From an uncultured Acidimicrobiaceae bacterium (GTDB lineage: Bacteria > Actinomycetota > Acidimicrobiia > Spongiisociales > UBA5794), in the NCBI GenBank assembly GCA_964460075.1, contig CAYWPC010000005.1, positions 2,873 through 66,872 on the forward strand: a stretch of DNA of 64,000 bases, given 5' to 3'. Shown piece after piece: positions 52,762 to 63,283 of this stretch. Positions within the stretch are counted from its first letter, which is position 1. Every line of letters begins with the position of its first letter. Made by a program: the position numbers and the translations under genes. The notes beneath the pieces are model-generated. The model did no database searches, was not told the origin of the DNA, and saw only the letters and a list, made by a program, of their open reading frames with translations.

Positions 52762-54030
52762 ATGACAGATCTTCAGACACGATTCCATGACATCATCGCC
52801 CCGGTGATCACGTTCGACTACGAGACGGAGATCATTGAAGGCAAGGGTAGTTGGGTGACCGGTGCCGACGGCAAGCAGTATCTCGACTTTGCTTGTGGCA
52901 TCGCAACCACGAACCTCGGCCATCGGCCAGACGCCGTCGCCGCTGCAGCTTCAGCGCAGCTCAACAAGCTATGGCACGCAGGTGGGGCATTCCTCTACGA
53001 ACCGATCGTCACCGCAGCCGAGAACATCGTGGGTATTGCTCCAGAGGGTATCGACAAGGTCCTGTTCATGAACTCTGGTGCAGAAGCAGTCGAGGCGTCG
53101 GTAAAGCTCGCCAGGAAGGTCAGCGGCCGCCAAGGTATCGTCACATTCCGCGGCGGCTTCCACGGTCGCACGATGGGTTCGGTCACCTACACAACGTCGA
53201 AGGCGAAGTACCGCCAGGGCTACCACCCGCTCGTCCCATCCACATTCGTGACACCATTTCCTCACCCGTTTAGCTGGGGCATGAGCCAGGAGGAGGCGAA
53301 CGCATACGCGTTGCGTGAACTTGAGTTCAAGTTCAAGTTCGAGGTGACTCCCGGTGAGATCGCGGCATTCCTCGTCGAGCCGATGCAAGGTGAGGGCGGC
53401 TACTACCCGGCAAGCCACGAGTTCATCCACGCATTGCGCTCCATTGCCGATGAACACGGCATCCTCCTCATCGTCGACGAGGTCCAGACCGGATTTGGTA
53501 GGACCGGTGACTGGTTCACGAGCCAGGTGTACGACCTCAGACCCGACGTTCTCGTCATGGGGAAGGCGATCGCCAACGGTCTACCGTTGTCGGCAGTCGG
53601 AGCCTCGGCCGAGATTCTCGAAGCCTGGCGACCAGGTTCGCACGGCACCACGTTCGGAGGAAATCCGGTGTCCTGTGCAGCCTCGGCAGCCGTCGTGGAC
53701 GAGCTTCGCGGTGTACTACCAGGCGTCAACCGACTGTCGGACTACTCGCTGTCACGTTGGAACGAACTCAAGGAGCAGCACCGAACGATTGGGGACGTAC
53801 GCGGACTCGGCCTGATGATCGGAATCGAGTTGGTCACGAAAGGCAACACACCGGATCCCAACGCGTTCGCTGCGATCTCTTCGTACGCATTCGAGGCAGG
53901 AATGTTCATCCTGAATTGTGGGCCAGACGGGAACGTCATCCGGTTCATCCCGCCACTCAACGTCTCACAGGATGATCTCGACAAAGGTATCGACATCCTC
54001 GCAGCGGGAATCGCTTCGTACGAGGGGTGA
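52762..54030 (+). CDS. Class III PLP aminotransferase (GABA/omega-aminotransferase family)
   Basis: Class III aminotransferase motifs, including PLP-Lys in LVMGKAIANG and IVDEVQTGFGRTG. Confidence 0.9.
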   Translation: MTDLQTRFHDIIAPVITFDYETEIIEGKGSWVTGADGKQYLDFACGIATTNLGHRPDAVAAAASAQLNKLWHAGGAFLYEPIVTAAENIVGIAPEGIDKVLFMNSGAEAVEASVKLARKVSGRQGIVTFRGGFHGRTMGSVTYTTSKAKYRQGYHPLVPSTFVTPFPHPFSWGMSQEEANAYALRELEFKFKFEVTPGEIAAFLVEPMQGEGGYYPASHEFIHALRSIADEHGILLIVDEVQTGFGRTGDWFTSQVYDLRPDVLVMGKAIANGLPLSAVGASAEILEAWRPGSHGTTFGGNPVSCAASAAVVDELRGVLPGVNRLSDYSLSRWNELKEQHRTIGDVRGLGLMIGIELVTKGNTPDPNAFAAISSYAFEAGMFILNCGPDGNVIRFIPPLNVSQDDLDKGIDILAAGIASYEG

Positions 54031-54060
54031 CTCGCCACGTCGATCGACGCGACAATCATG

Positions 54061-54097
54061 TGAAGAAGGGGTGCCCTCTACGGGCACCCCTTCTTCA
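54061..54097. terminator. Perfect hairpin tgaagaaggggtgccc-tctac-gggcaccccttcttca; bidirectional terminator
   Basis: 16-bp stem. Sits between the + strand aminotransferase gene and the - strand small ORF/lnt. Confidence 0.7.
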
Positions 54098-54141
54098 TGC
54101 ATGAACTTGATTCCTGGGTGGTTCGTATCGAGTAGCCGTGC

Positions 54142-54333
54142 CTACTCGTCAGAATTCAGGACGCCGCGTAGACGAGGATATCGCACGGGCCGGTGCGTGT
54201 GGCAGAACTCGGCTCGATTGTATTTCGAGAGCCTCGTATCGCAGTTCGGGCTCTCGCAGGTTCGATCCTCGTCGTAGGTTTTAGGACGGCGGGATCTGCC
54301 CTTCGGACGCGATGCCTTGAGGATGTCAGACAT
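54142..54333 (-). CDS. Putative small Cys/His-containing protein (63 aa); possible zinc ribbon
   Basis: ORF co-oriented 104 bp downstream of lnt and bracketed by the terminator. C-x4-C...C-x-H spacing. No clear SD sequence. Confidence 0.35.
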   Translation of the reverse strand: MSDILKASRPKGRSRRPKTYDEDRTCESPNCDTRLSKYNRAEFCHTHRPVRYPRLRGVLNSDE

Positions 54334-54437
54334 AGGTTTTGTGCCTTTCTACGTTCTATTGATCAGGCACTCCTGCTGGGTGCGTTAGCCGCGGCAAGAG
54401 CGCCAAGAGGTTTCGGCATGACGCATTCTACCCGGAC

Positions 54438-55949
54438 CTATCTGGAATGTGCAAGGCCGGTTCGCGGCTCTCGACGTTCACCACGGACAATGTCACCACC
54501 CCTGATACCGGGGAGTGCCAATGCCCCGAGAGCACCAAGCATTGCAAGGAACGCTAGCCAGTCGCCAAAACGCACCCAGATCGTCTGTCCGTTGGCGTTG
54601 AATTGCAAGACTCCATACAACACCGTCTCATCGAGCAGTTCGGTTCGGTTGGATGTCGCCCCTTCGGCTTTGATGAAGGTGGACTTCCCCGTTATCGAGG
54701 CATACGCGGTGTCGAATCCGACTGCCGCTGCGTTGACGCGTACCATCCCGATGGCCTGATCCGACGCAGCAGAGTCGCCAAAGCTCGACGTGTTCGTCGA
54801 AACAGCCATCACCTCCGCGCCTGCGCGGGCGATCGATCGCATGCTTCGCGCGAACGAGCCCTCGAATGAGATGACCGATCCGAGATTTCCGAACGCTGTT
54901 GGGAACACGACAGGTTCAGCACCTCTGATCATGTCACGTGGCACCTGGTCGAGTTGGGGTATGAAGTCAAGCAATCCACGCAACGGCACGTACTCACCGA
55001 AGGGGACCGGATGTCGCTTCCAATACTCCCCAACCTTGACGCCTTCAGGGGAGTACAGGACGTTGACATTCAGGAACTCCTCGCTGCTGACCAGCCTCGT
55101 TCCTGAGATCAACATGTATGCATCGAGTCTGCGTGCCTCCTCGATTATCGCCTTTCGGACCTCGTCGTTGCCCTCCGGCTCGTACGGTGTAGCTGTGGAG
55201 TTCTCCGGCCAAATCACGAAGTCGACCGCTCCAGCTGGAATCGATCGTGTCAGTTCGAGGTGGCTCTGGTAAATGCGTTGGTTCTCGTTCTGACATCGGA
55301 CCATCGGGCATGGAGACGAACCCTGAACAATCGCCGTCCTCCACACCTGCGCGCCAGGGGTTGGGGGAAAGAGAAAGCCGGCGATGATGACGAGAATCGT
55401 GACCACCGAGGGGTCAACAGCAAGTCTCCACTCTTTATGCGACTCGATGACGAGAGCGAGACCCACGGCAACACCAACAACAAGCACCGTCCAACCCGAT
55501 GGACCGATCCATTGCACCGACCCCGACGCCCCAGGTAAGCCGGCTGCTGGGTAGCCAATATCGCCCCACGGAAACCCACCAAATGGAAACCGTCCACGAA
55601 CATACTCCATGCCGGCCCATCCCCCGACAGCGATAAGCCACCACCGCCACGCAGGCCACAGTCGAAACGTCCAAATTGCAATCGCGTAGACAGCCGTGAA
55701 CGATCCCATCAGAATCACGAGCGGGAACCAGGCCACGACCCCCAGCATCATCAGCCACCAAAGCAACAATCCGAAAAATGTCGCGCCCCATCCAAAACCG
55801 AGCATGATCGCCGTCGATGGACGTTCCACGGACCGTATTGCAAGAAAGAACGGCACGGGGGCGACGAACGCAAGGGGCGCCCAACCAAGTGGAGGGAACG
55901 CTGCCCACATGAGAAGTGAGCTCAGGGCAACAAGGGCAACAGGCACCAT
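54438..55949 (-). CDS. lnt: Apolipoprotein N-acyltransferase Lnt
   Basis: N-terminal multi-TM domain. C-terminal CN-hydrolase domain (VIWPENS...; catalytic Cys in EGSFARS region). Start placed at MVPVALV; upstream alternatives are 56021 and 56090. Confidence 0.85.
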   Translation of the reverse strand: MVPVALVALSSLLMWAAFPPLGWAPLAFVAPVPFFLAIRSVERPSTAIMLGFGWGATFFGLLLWWLMMLGVVAWFPLVILMGSFTAVYAIAIWTFRLWPAWRWWLIAVGGWAGMEYVRGRFPFGGFPWGDIGYPAAGLPGASGSVQWIGPSGWTVLVVGVAVGLALVIESHKEWRLAVDPSVVTILVIIAGFLFPPTPGAQVWRTAIVQGSSPCPMVRCQNENQRIYQSHLELTRSIPAGAVDFVIWPENSTATPYEPEGNDEVRKAIIEEARRLDAYMLISGTRLVSSEEFLNVNVLYSPEGVKVGEYWKRHPVPFGEYVPLRGLLDFIPQLDQVPRDMIRGAEPVVFPTAFGNLGSVISFEGSFARSMRSIARAGAEVMAVSTNTSSFGDSAASDQAIGMVRVNAAAVGFDTAYASITGKSTFIKAEGATSNRTELLDETVLYGVLQFNANGQTIWVRFGDWLAFLAMLGALGALALPGIRGGDIVRGERREPRTGLAHSR

Positions 55950-56019
55950 GGCGGCAGAGCATAGGCTTCGATCAGCCGTTCCCACCCAGGTGCGCGACGA
56001 TGCCGATACCATCTGGCTC

Positions 56020-56811
56020 ATGGACGACCTACACCTCGCGATCTCGGCTGCACGCGCTGGCGCCAACATCGTGAAAGCTGCATTCGGCAATCCTCACACC
56101 GCTCGCTACAAGGGGAAGTTCGATCCCGTAACAGCGATTGACGAAGCCTCGGAGGCAGCGATCCTCGCGGTTATCCGCAATGCCAGACCCAGCGACGGAG
56201 TGATGGCAGAAGAGAGCGGCGGGACCGCGCACTCTGGGAGGCACTGGATCGTGGACCCGCTAGACGGAACCGTAAACTTTGTCCACGGCTTACCTCACGT
56301 ATCGGTCTCAGTTGCCCTCTACGATGGCGATCGCGGGCTGGTCGGTGTCGTATACGACCCACTCAGAGACGAATTGTTCAGCGCGATCGAAGGTGGCGGA
56401 GCGCATTGCAACGGCCACAGCATCTCGGTTTCGACCGTCGGTCACCTCGGCAAGGCGATTGTCGCAACCGGTTTCCCCTACGACCACGACGTGTACGCCG
56501 ACTCTCTCTCGGTCGTAATACGTGAAATGCTGCGTGAGGTCAACGGCATCCGCCGTATGGGATCGGCCGCACTCGATCTCGCCTGGGTTGCGTCAGGTCG
56601 CTACGACGCGTATTGGGAACTCGGGATTGCGCCGTGGGATGGCGCGGCCGGGATCATCCTGGTTCGCGAAGCCGGAGGCGAAGTCACCGATCCACACGGA
56701 CGGCCGACGACGCCTTCAATGGGACTCGTAGTCGCCTCGAACACGCTGCTCCACGAGCCGTTCCGACGCATCGTCGAGACTTGGATTCCTCCCCACCTCG
56801 TATCCCCGTGA
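56020..56811 (+). CDS. Inositol monophosphatase family protein (SuhB/ImpA/CysQ-like)
   Basis: AEESGG...WIVDPLDGTVNFVHG and WDGAAG motifs. Start chosen so as not to overlap lnt. Confidence 0.85.
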   Translation: MDDLHLAISAARAGANIVKAAFGNPHTARYKGKFDPVTAIDEASEAAILAVIRNARPSDGVMAEESGGTAHSGRHWIVDPLDGTVNFVHGLPHVSVSVALYDGDRGLVGVVYDPLRDELFSAIEGGGAHCNGHSISVSTVGHLGKAIVATGFPYDHDVYADSLSVVIREMLREVNGIRRMGSAALDLAWVASGRYDAYWELGIAPWDGAAGIILVREAGGEVTDPHGRPTTPSMGLVVASNTLLHEPFRRIVETWIPPHLVSP

Positions 56812-58376
56812 CCCGGCTCGTCTCGGCAGATGCCGTCGTCACAGGCATCGGTGTCATCGGAAACGCCGTCCTCATCGATCACGGTAGGGTCGTCGCAACG
56901 GGCCAGAGGGAAGATCTCGCAACTTCAGGCATTCTGGAAGAGAGGTTCCCTGGCGCAACGATCATCCCAGGACTGAAAGACGCCCACATCCACGCCGTTG
57001 CGTTGGCTGCCCTACTGCGCGGATGCTCTCTCAAGTCAGCTGTCAACATCGCTGATCTCCAGAGCCGAATCGCTCGGTACGGCAAGACTCTTGCCCCGGG
57101 TATGCCCGTTGTCGCTATGAGGTTCGACGATGAGGCCCTCGCAGAGCGACGGATACCGACCCGTTCGGATCTCGACAGGGCCGTTCCCAATCGGCCGACC
57201 GTTATCTACAGATACTGCGGCCACATAGCAGTTGCCAACTCGGCCGCACTTGTCGCGTCAGGCATCACGGATGCGACAAGGAACCCAACAGGCGGCGCGA
57301 TCGACAGAGATGGCAACGGGGTTGCTACCGGCGTCCTGCGCGAGGCCGCCGTTGGGCTTGTAGCGGGAGCACTCTCGAGAGCAGCGACCGTAACTCCTGA
57401 CGACCTGGCGGACACGCTCGGCCGTCTCGCAGGTCTCGGAGTGACATCCATTGGAGCCATGATCGGTTATGGCGAGGCACCATCGGAGAGGCTCGAAGCC
57501 GAGGTCGAGCTGTGGCGAGATGTCGCCAAGCGACTCCCGGTCAAGGTTCACGGTTTCGTGATCGCCGATACACCAGATCGCCTCGAATCGTCGGCGAAGA
57601 CGCTCACCGGAGCCGGGCAACGGCTCAGGTGGCTCGGTGTGAAGAGATTCTCCGATGGCAGCCTTGGGGGACACACCGCAGCCATGAGGGAACCGTACGC
57701 CGACGCCGAGACCACCGGCGTGCTTCGCCTGACGCCGTCCGACACCGAGGTGGCACGTCACAGCCTCAGACTCGGCGGCATGGTCGCTGTGCACGCGATC
57801 GGAGACCGTGCCATCGATCAGGTGCTCAACCTCTTCGAAACGCTTCTCCTCGAAAGGGCTGACGCCGATGACCTGCGCATGGAGCACGCGTCGGTGATGA
57901 GCCCGAGTCAGATTGGTCGTCTCGCCGGAATGGGGTGTACAGCTGTTCTCCAACCTGCATTCCTGGCATCGGAATCAGCGTGGGTCGGGTCGCGTGTCGG
58001 ACGTGATCGACTCTCGTGGCTGTACCCTTTCCGTTCACTCATGACAGCAGGGATACCTACCGCAGGATCGTCGGATTGCCCTGTCGAGCCTCCCCATCCA
58101 CTCTGGGGGATGGCAGCCGCGATGGACCGGTACGGGATCAGTGAAACCGAGCGGCTGACCGGCCTCGAAGCACTTGCCCTGTTTACGTCAGGGTCTGCCA
58201 GGGCGTTACGTGAGCCACCCCCACTCTCCCCAGGATCCGCAGCCGACCTGGTTGTACTTGACGTCGACCCCGCAACGGCGAGTCCAACGGACATCCATTC
58301 AGCGGAGGTTCTCGACACGTATGTGGATGGATCGCCGGTGGAGGTAGACCGGGCACGCGCAGCGTGGGCTCCCTAG
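56808..58376 (+). CDS. Amidohydrolase-family (Amidohydro_3) metal-dependent hydrolase
   Basis: GTG start overlapping the preceding stop (GTGA). LKDAHIHAV metal-binding motif; C-terminal ligands were not confirmed. Confidence 0.78.
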   Translation: MTRLVSADAVVTGIGVIGNAVLIDHGRVVATGQREDLATSGILEERFPGATIIPGLKDAHIHAVALAALLRGCSLKSAVNIADLQSRIARYGKTLAPGMPVVAMRFDDEALAERRIPTRSDLDRAVPNRPTVIYRYCGHIAVANSAALVASGITDATRNPTGGAIDRDGNGVATGVLREAAVGLVAGALSRAATVTPDDLADTLGRLAGLGVTSIGAMIGYGEAPSERLEAEVELWRDVAKRLPVKVHGFVIADTPDRLESSAKTLTGAGQRLRWLGVKRFSDGSLGGHTAAMREPYADAETTGVLRLTPSDTEVARHSLRLGGMVAVHAIGDRAIDQVLNLFETLLLERADADDLRMEHASVMSPSQIGRLAGMGCTAVLQPAFLASESAWVGSRVGRDRLSWLYPFRSLMTAGIPTAGSSDCPVEPPHPLWGMAAAMDRYGISETERLTGLEALALFTSGSARALREPPPLSPGSAADLVVLDVDPATASPTDIHSAEVLDTYVDGSPVEVDRARAAWAP

Positions 58377-58421
58377 CACCTCGAAACCTGCGCATGAGAG
58401 GTCACACCGATGAGCGTGGGA

Positions 58422-59174
58422 TCAACCGCCGAGAAAGGCCTGACGCACCTCACGATTCTCGAGAAGTTCCTCACCTGTACCCGTAAACGTGCACTTCCCC
58501 AGCTCGATCACATAGCCACGATGACTCACAGCGAGACCCTGTTTGGCGTTCTGCTCGATCATGAGGACGGTGAGGCCGATCTCGTCATTCAGACGCCGGA
58601 TCGCCCCGAAGATCGACTTCGTGATCACAGGGGCAAGGCCGGCGGACGGCTCATCCATGAGGACGAGGTCAGGCTCCCACATGAGAGCTCTCCCGATTTC
58701 GAGCATCCGTTGCTCTCCTCCGCTCATCGTGCCTGCCGACTGCCTTGACCGTTCTGCGAGTCTGGGAAATAGTTCGAGAACGTAGTCGATTCTCTCCTGA
58801 ACACGATCACGATCCGGTTCCAAATACATCCCCAGTTCGAGGTTCTCATACACCGTCATCTGCGGAAACACGCTGCGAAGCTGCGGCACGATCGTTATGC
58901 CTGCCCGCAACGCATCTTGAGGGCGCACGTTCGTTATCTCCCGATCGTCGAACAGGATCCGCCCGGACCGCACGGGAAGGAAGCCGTATATGGCCTTGAA
59001 CACGGTCGACTTTCCTGCCCCGTTCGGACCAATCACGCAGACGATCTCTCCCTTGTGGACAGCGAGGTTGACTCCTTGGAGAATGTCCTCACCCTGGACA
59101 TATCCTGCGTGGATCTCATGCACCTCGAGAAGCGGCTGACTGTTACTCCACATCGAGATCTCCATCGTCGCCAA
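58422..59174 (-). CDS. ABC transporter ATP-binding protein (LivF-like)
   Basis: Walker A GPNGAGKST, signature MSGGEQRMLEIGRAL, Walker B MDEPSAGLAP. Confidence 0.9.
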   Translation of the reverse strand: MATMEISMWSNSQPLLEVHEIHAGYVQGEDILQGVNLAVHKGEIVCVIGPNGAGKSTVFKAIYGFLPVRSGRILFDDREITNVRPQDALRAGITIVPQLRSVFPQMTVYENLELGMYLEPDRDRVQERIDYVLELFPRLAERSRQSAGTMSGGEQRMLEIGRALMWEPDLVLMDEPSAGLAPVITKSIFGAIRRLNDEIGLTVLMIEQNAKQGLAVSHRGYVIELGKCTFTGTGEELLENREVRQAFLGG

Positions 59175-59907
59175 AGTACGCCTCGAGAACGCGCTCGTCG
59201 GCCTTGATCTCCTCTGGGGTGCCGTCTGCGAGCTTCCGGCCGTAATTCAGAACGATCACGCGTGAACACAGATCGCTGATGAACCGGATGTCGTGTTCCA
59301 CGAGCAGCAGCGTGAGCCCGTTCTTGTTCAGCTCCCGGAGACGATCCTTGATCGTCTCGATCAGAGATGGGTTGACGCCCGAGGTGGCCTCGTCGAGCAG
59401 GATCATGTCGGGGTCCGGCATCATGGTCATGCCGAGCTCCAAGAGCCGTCGTTGGCCCCCAGAGAGGGTCCCGGCCTTCGTCTTGAAGTGCGCCCCTAGC
59501 AGGAGAAAGTCTGCGATCTCGGTCGCTTTCCGATGCAGCGCAGGATCTGGCTTGGTGAAGCTCCGGTGTGTAGGGAGCAACCCCCACTGCTGACTCAACA
59601 CGAGGTTCTCTTCGATCGTGAGGTCTCCGTACACCCTGATCACCTGGAAGGTCCGCGCCAGACCCATCCGCGCGATCTGGTACGGCTTCTTCGACTCGAT
59701 ATTCGTGCCCTTGAACTCAATCGAGCCGTCATCGATGTCGTGCACCCTCGTCAGACAGTTGAACAGGGTCGTTTTCCCACTTCCGTTCGGTCCGATCAAG
59801 CCGATGATCTCGCCCTCGCTGACGTGAAAGTCAACGCTGTCGACGGCGACGAGGCCTCCGAATCGTTTCGTGACGCCTCTGGCTTCAAGAATGCGCGGTG
59901 GGCTCAT
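59143..59907 (-). CDS. ABC transporter ATP-binding protein (LivG-like)
   Basis: GPNGSGKTT, LSGGQRRLLELGM, ILLDEATSGV. Confidence 0.9.
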   Translation of the reverse strand: MSPPRILEARGVTKRFGGLVAVDSVDFHVSEGEIIGLIGPNGSGKTTLFNCLTRVHDIDDGSIEFKGTNIESKKPYQIARMGLARTFQVIRVYGDLTIEENLVLSQQWGLLPTHRSFTKPDPALHRKATEIADFLLLGAHFKTKAGTLSGGQRRLLELGMTMMPDPDMILLDEATSGVNPSLIETIKDRLRELNKNGLTLLLVEHDIRFISDLCSRVIVLNYGRKLADGTPEEIKADERVLEAYFGDDGDLDVE

Positions 59908-60953
59908 GACGACACCGACCGAGACTCGTCATCTGACACCTCTGCTGCGTCACCATCTGGTGGGGACCCACCAAAGCCTCTCCGCATGAGCCTGCCCAGG
60001 GTCGTTCCACCAGAACGATCCGAGAACGTGCCAATGATTCCTTCCGGTACCCACAGAATGATGGCAATCAGAATCGTTCCTTGAAAGATGAGGTGGTACT
60101 GGAGAAAGTTCGCCCAGATGAGATCTCGCAGCCAGAAAAGTACGACTGCACCAATCACGGGCCCCGCGACGGTTCCGAGTCCCCCAAGGATCACTGCGAT
60201 GATCGCGTTCAGTGTCCTGGTGTCGACGAAAACGATGTCAGGATCGATGAACGTGTTCTGGTAGGCCCACAGCGCACCCACGAGCCCCGCGATCGCAGCG
60301 GAGAGTCCAAAGATCGTGATCTTGTGGAGCGTGGTGTTGATACCGCGCATGTCGGCACCGACCTCGTCTTCGCGGATGGCGATAAGGGTGAGCCCAAACT
60401 GTGTTCGGCGCAGCCACCATGTCAAGAGAACGACGAGAACAGCCAGCACCAGAGTCACATAGAAGAACAGCGGCCGGTTGAGGTACGGAGGGAGCGTCAA
60501 GCCGATGCCGCCTCCGGTGACGGGCTTGACGATGCGCACGGTTTCGCGAACCGCAACGACCGTTGCGAGCATCGCAATCGAGAAGTAGCCACCCTTGAGG
60601 CGCAGCGTCGGAGCTCCGATGAGCAATGCTGCGATCAGCGTGACGCCTATGGCACCACCGACGGCGAAGGGAAAGGACCAACCAACCTTCGTCATCAGGA
60701 CACCAGTGGCGTATGCACCGATTCCGAACCACACGACATGTCCGAAGTCGACGTATCCAGTGAAACCACCTGTGAGATTCCAACTGCTCGCCAACGTGAT
60801 CAACATGAACATCTGGGTGAAGCTGAAGAGCAGCGAGTTGGTCACGAAGCCGCCGTCGGTAGTGAACCGTTGAATGATCGGCAGAGCCGCGAGCCCGATC
60901 ACGGCGACTGCGAAGAGGCCGAGTGACACCTTCGTTTTCATGGTATCCCTCAC
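59904..60953 (-). CDS. Liv-type ABC transporter permease (LivM-like)
   Basis: Multi-TM. 4-bp overlaps with both neighbours. Confidence 0.8.
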   Translation of the reverse strand: MRDTMKTKVSLGLFAVAVIGLAALPIIQRFTTDGGFVTNSLLFSFTQMFMLITLASSWNLTGGFTGYVDFGHVVWFGIGAYATGVLMTKVGWSFPFAVGGAIGVTLIAALLIGAPTLRLKGGYFSIAMLATVVAVRETVRIVKPVTGGGIGLTLPPYLNRPLFFYVTLVLAVLVVLLTWWLRRTQFGLTLIAIREDEVGADMRGINTTLHKITIFGLSAAIAGLVGALWAYQNTFIDPDIVFVDTRTLNAIIAVILGGLGTVAGPVIGAVVLFWLRDLIWANFLQYHLIFQGTILIAIILWVPEGIIGTFSDRSGGTTLGRLMRRGFGGSPPDGDAAEVSDDESRSVSS

Positions 60954-61831
60954 GATGTCGCCGCCTTGAGCCCGCCGAAGAGTCCTTGTGGTCGCATGAC
61001 GAGCACGACAATGAGGATGACGAACGACGACACGACGCCGACGTTCGTACCGACTCCAGGAATGAACGTGGCAAGGAGCACCTCGGTGATGCCGAGGAGC
61101 ATGCCACCGAGTAGAGCGCCAATAATGCTGCCCAAGCCCGAGAGTGCAGTGATCGCGAAGGCCCTCAAGGTGAGCGGCGGACCCATGAATGGGAACACAG
61201 GCTGGACCGGAGCGACCATGACACCAGCCACCGCTGTGATGCCGATCGCTATCGCGAAGGTCATTGCATACACCCTGTTGATCTCGATCCCGACAATGCG
61301 GGCGGCCTCACGGTTCTGAGCTGCTGCGCGGATGCTCTTGCCTAGCCGCGTGTGTTTCAAGAACATATGGAGGCCGTACATGATGATCAACGCAGCCAAC
61401 AGGATCGTGGATCTCGTCTTTGGAATGGTCACAGGGCCCAGAGCCCACAATCCGCGAACTGAGGCCTCCACCAACCTGGGAGTCGCGGTGAACAGCAGCT
61501 TGAACACGCTCGAGATGATGCTTGCAAGTCCGAACGTGACGAGGAGAGAGATGAGGTGGGGACGCTCGATCACGCGATTGATGATGACGAGTTGGATCAC
61601 GTATCCCAGAGCAGCCATGACAGGAAAGACGATCAGCACCGATACGAGCGGGTCAAGTCCGAGACTCTCCTGCAGTATCCATGCACCGTATGCACCCATC
61701 ATCACGAACTCGCCGTGTGCAAGGTTGATGACGCCCATCACGCCCCAGATGATGGAGAAGCCCAACACCATGATCGTGTAGAAACCTCCGAGCATCACGC
61801 CGTTCACAAGGGCTTGGAGAAGCTGATCCAT
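60950..61831 (-). CDS. Liv-type ABC transporter permease (LivH-like)
   Basis: LGGFYTIMVLGFSIIWGVMGVINLAHGEFVMMGAYGAW is typical of LivH. Confidence 0.85.
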   Translation of the reverse strand: MDQLLQALVNGVMLGGFYTIMVLGFSIIWGVMGVINLAHGEFVMMGAYGAWILQESLGLDPLVSVLIVFPVMAALGYVIQLVIINRVIERPHLISLLVTFGLASIISSVFKLLFTATPRLVEASVRGLWALGPVTIPKTRSTILLAALIIMYGLHMFLKHTRLGKSIRAAAQNREAARIVGIEINRVYAMTFAIAIGITAVAGVMVAPVQPVFPFMGPPLTLRAFAITALSGLGSIIGALLGGMLLGITEVLLATFIPGVGTNVGVVSSFVILIVVLVMRPQGLFGGLKAATS

Positions 61832-61893
61832 GCCGTTGGTCCTCTTCCTTTACTCCCTTGACCGATCTCGAGGATCAACCATGGGGAACATGT

Positions 61894-61919
61894 GGTGGAG
61901 GGGTGTTATCCCCTCCACC
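61894..61919. terminator. Hairpin ggtggagggg-tgttat-cccctccacc immediately after the SBP gene
   Basis: 10-bp perfect stem. Intra-operon position. Confidence 0.55.
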
Positions 61920-61931
61920 ACGAACTGTCTC

Positions 61932-63197
61932 CTATCGATCTCCCCACTGCGGTGATGGGTAGATAACGTCGGTCTCGGCGGCTCCTTTCGGTGCAACCAC
62001 ACGGATATCGCCATTCTGAATCTGGACAGCACCCATCGGCTTGGCAATGTTCTTGCCCGTCTCGTCGAAGTTGATCGGACCGTAGAACGTGGTCACGTCC
62101 AGATCTCGCAGCGCCTGTCGCACGGCATCAACGTCGAGTGATGCGGCCGCTTCGATCGCGAGCATCAACGCCAGTGGTGTCGCTGCTGATTCTGCCGCCT
62201 GATAGGTCGGAGGCTCTCCCCACTTCTCTTCATACCTCGCAGCGAAATCGGAAGCCGTTCCGAACCACTCACCCTCCCAGCTCATCGATGCCTCCCACTG
62301 CGTCGGTCCGATGATGGTGTTCGCTCTGGCTCCGACTTCGCTGACGAGCTTCGGGTTCGATGGTCCCACGGTGATGACCATGCCAGGAGGGCTGAACCCA
62401 ATCTCTTCCGCAGAGCTGATGAACAGCAGAGCATCGTTGAAGTGGCCACCACCGACGAAGATGTCAGGATCGAGGTTCCGGAACTTGGTCATAATCGCCG
62501 TGACGTCTGCAACGTCCTTGGGGTATGTCTCCTTCGCGAGTATCTCGAGTCCGTACTCCTCGGCCCAGCGGACCGCGCCCTCACCGACAGCAGTAGGGAA
62601 AGCCGTGTCCTCATAAGCGATGACGACGGTCTTGGCCCCCTGATCAGCAAGTAGCTTCAGCGACGACTGCGTGTAGTACGACGCTGGCGTCAGCAGGGCG
62701 AACAGGTTCTGGAAGCCTCTCTCGAACAACGACTCTGCCGCACCGTTGCCTTCGATCATGATCATGTTGTACTGCTCGGCGACGGCGCTCGCACCGGCTG
62801 TGAGACCGCTCGAATATGGGCCGAGCAAGAAGTTCACCTTGTCCTCGGTGATCAGCTTCTCAATGAGGTTGGCGGTGGTATCCGAGTCTCCCTCATCGTC
62901 GTAGAACACGATCTCGACCTTGTAGCTGTCCGCTCCTACCTTGATGCCCCCATGCTCGTTGTTCACCCAGTCGAGCCATGTCTCATAGCCCTGGCGAGTG
63001 TCCTTGCCCTCCCTTGCGAACTTACCTGTCTCGCTAACTGCAGCACCTAGAACGATCGTCCCTGCAAATTCAGACTGAACGGCATCTCCCGATGGGGCCG
63101 GCTCGGCCTCGTCCGTCGAACTACATGCGGCCAGCACCAGGGCCAAGACGGCGAAGAGGCTGAGCCATCGGCGTAGCCCGCGCTGTTGTCTCGTCAC
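61932..63197 (-). CDS. Liv-type ABC transporter substrate-binding lipoprotein
   Basis: Lipobox LALVLAAC. Family-4 SBP. Confidence 0.85.
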   Translation of the reverse strand: MTRQQRGLRRWLSLFAVLALVLAACSSTDEAEPAPSGDAVQSEFAGTIVLGAAVSETGKFAREGKDTRQGYETWLDWVNNEHGGIKVGADSYKVEIVFYDDEGDSDTTANLIEKLITEDKVNFLLGPYSSGLTAGASAVAEQYNMIMIEGNGAAESLFERGFQNLFALLTPASYYTQSSLKLLADQGAKTVVIAYEDTAFPTAVGEGAVRWAEEYGLEILAKETYPKDVADVTAIMTKFRNLDPDIFVGGGHFNDALLFISSAEEIGFSPPGMVITVGPSNPKLVSEVGARANTIIGPTQWEASMSWEGEWFGTASDFAARYEEKWGEPPTYQAAESAATPLALMLAIEAAASLDVDAVRQALRDLDVTTFYGPINFDETGKNIAKPMGAVQIQNGDIRVVAPKGAAETDVIYPSPQWGDR

Positions 63198-63283
63198 TTT
63201 TTCCTCCTTCTCGCGTACCCGTGAGGGCTCATATCGAGCGTATCCCCCAGCACCCTGGTCCCACGTGAAAAGGAGTCGTTATC

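Noticed and set aside
60238-61122. 294-aa minus-strand ORF overlapping the LivM/LivH-like permease genes
   Set aside because: It is an alternative frame of the permease genes with Arg/Cys/His-rich translation. The permease frames carry the conserved motifs.
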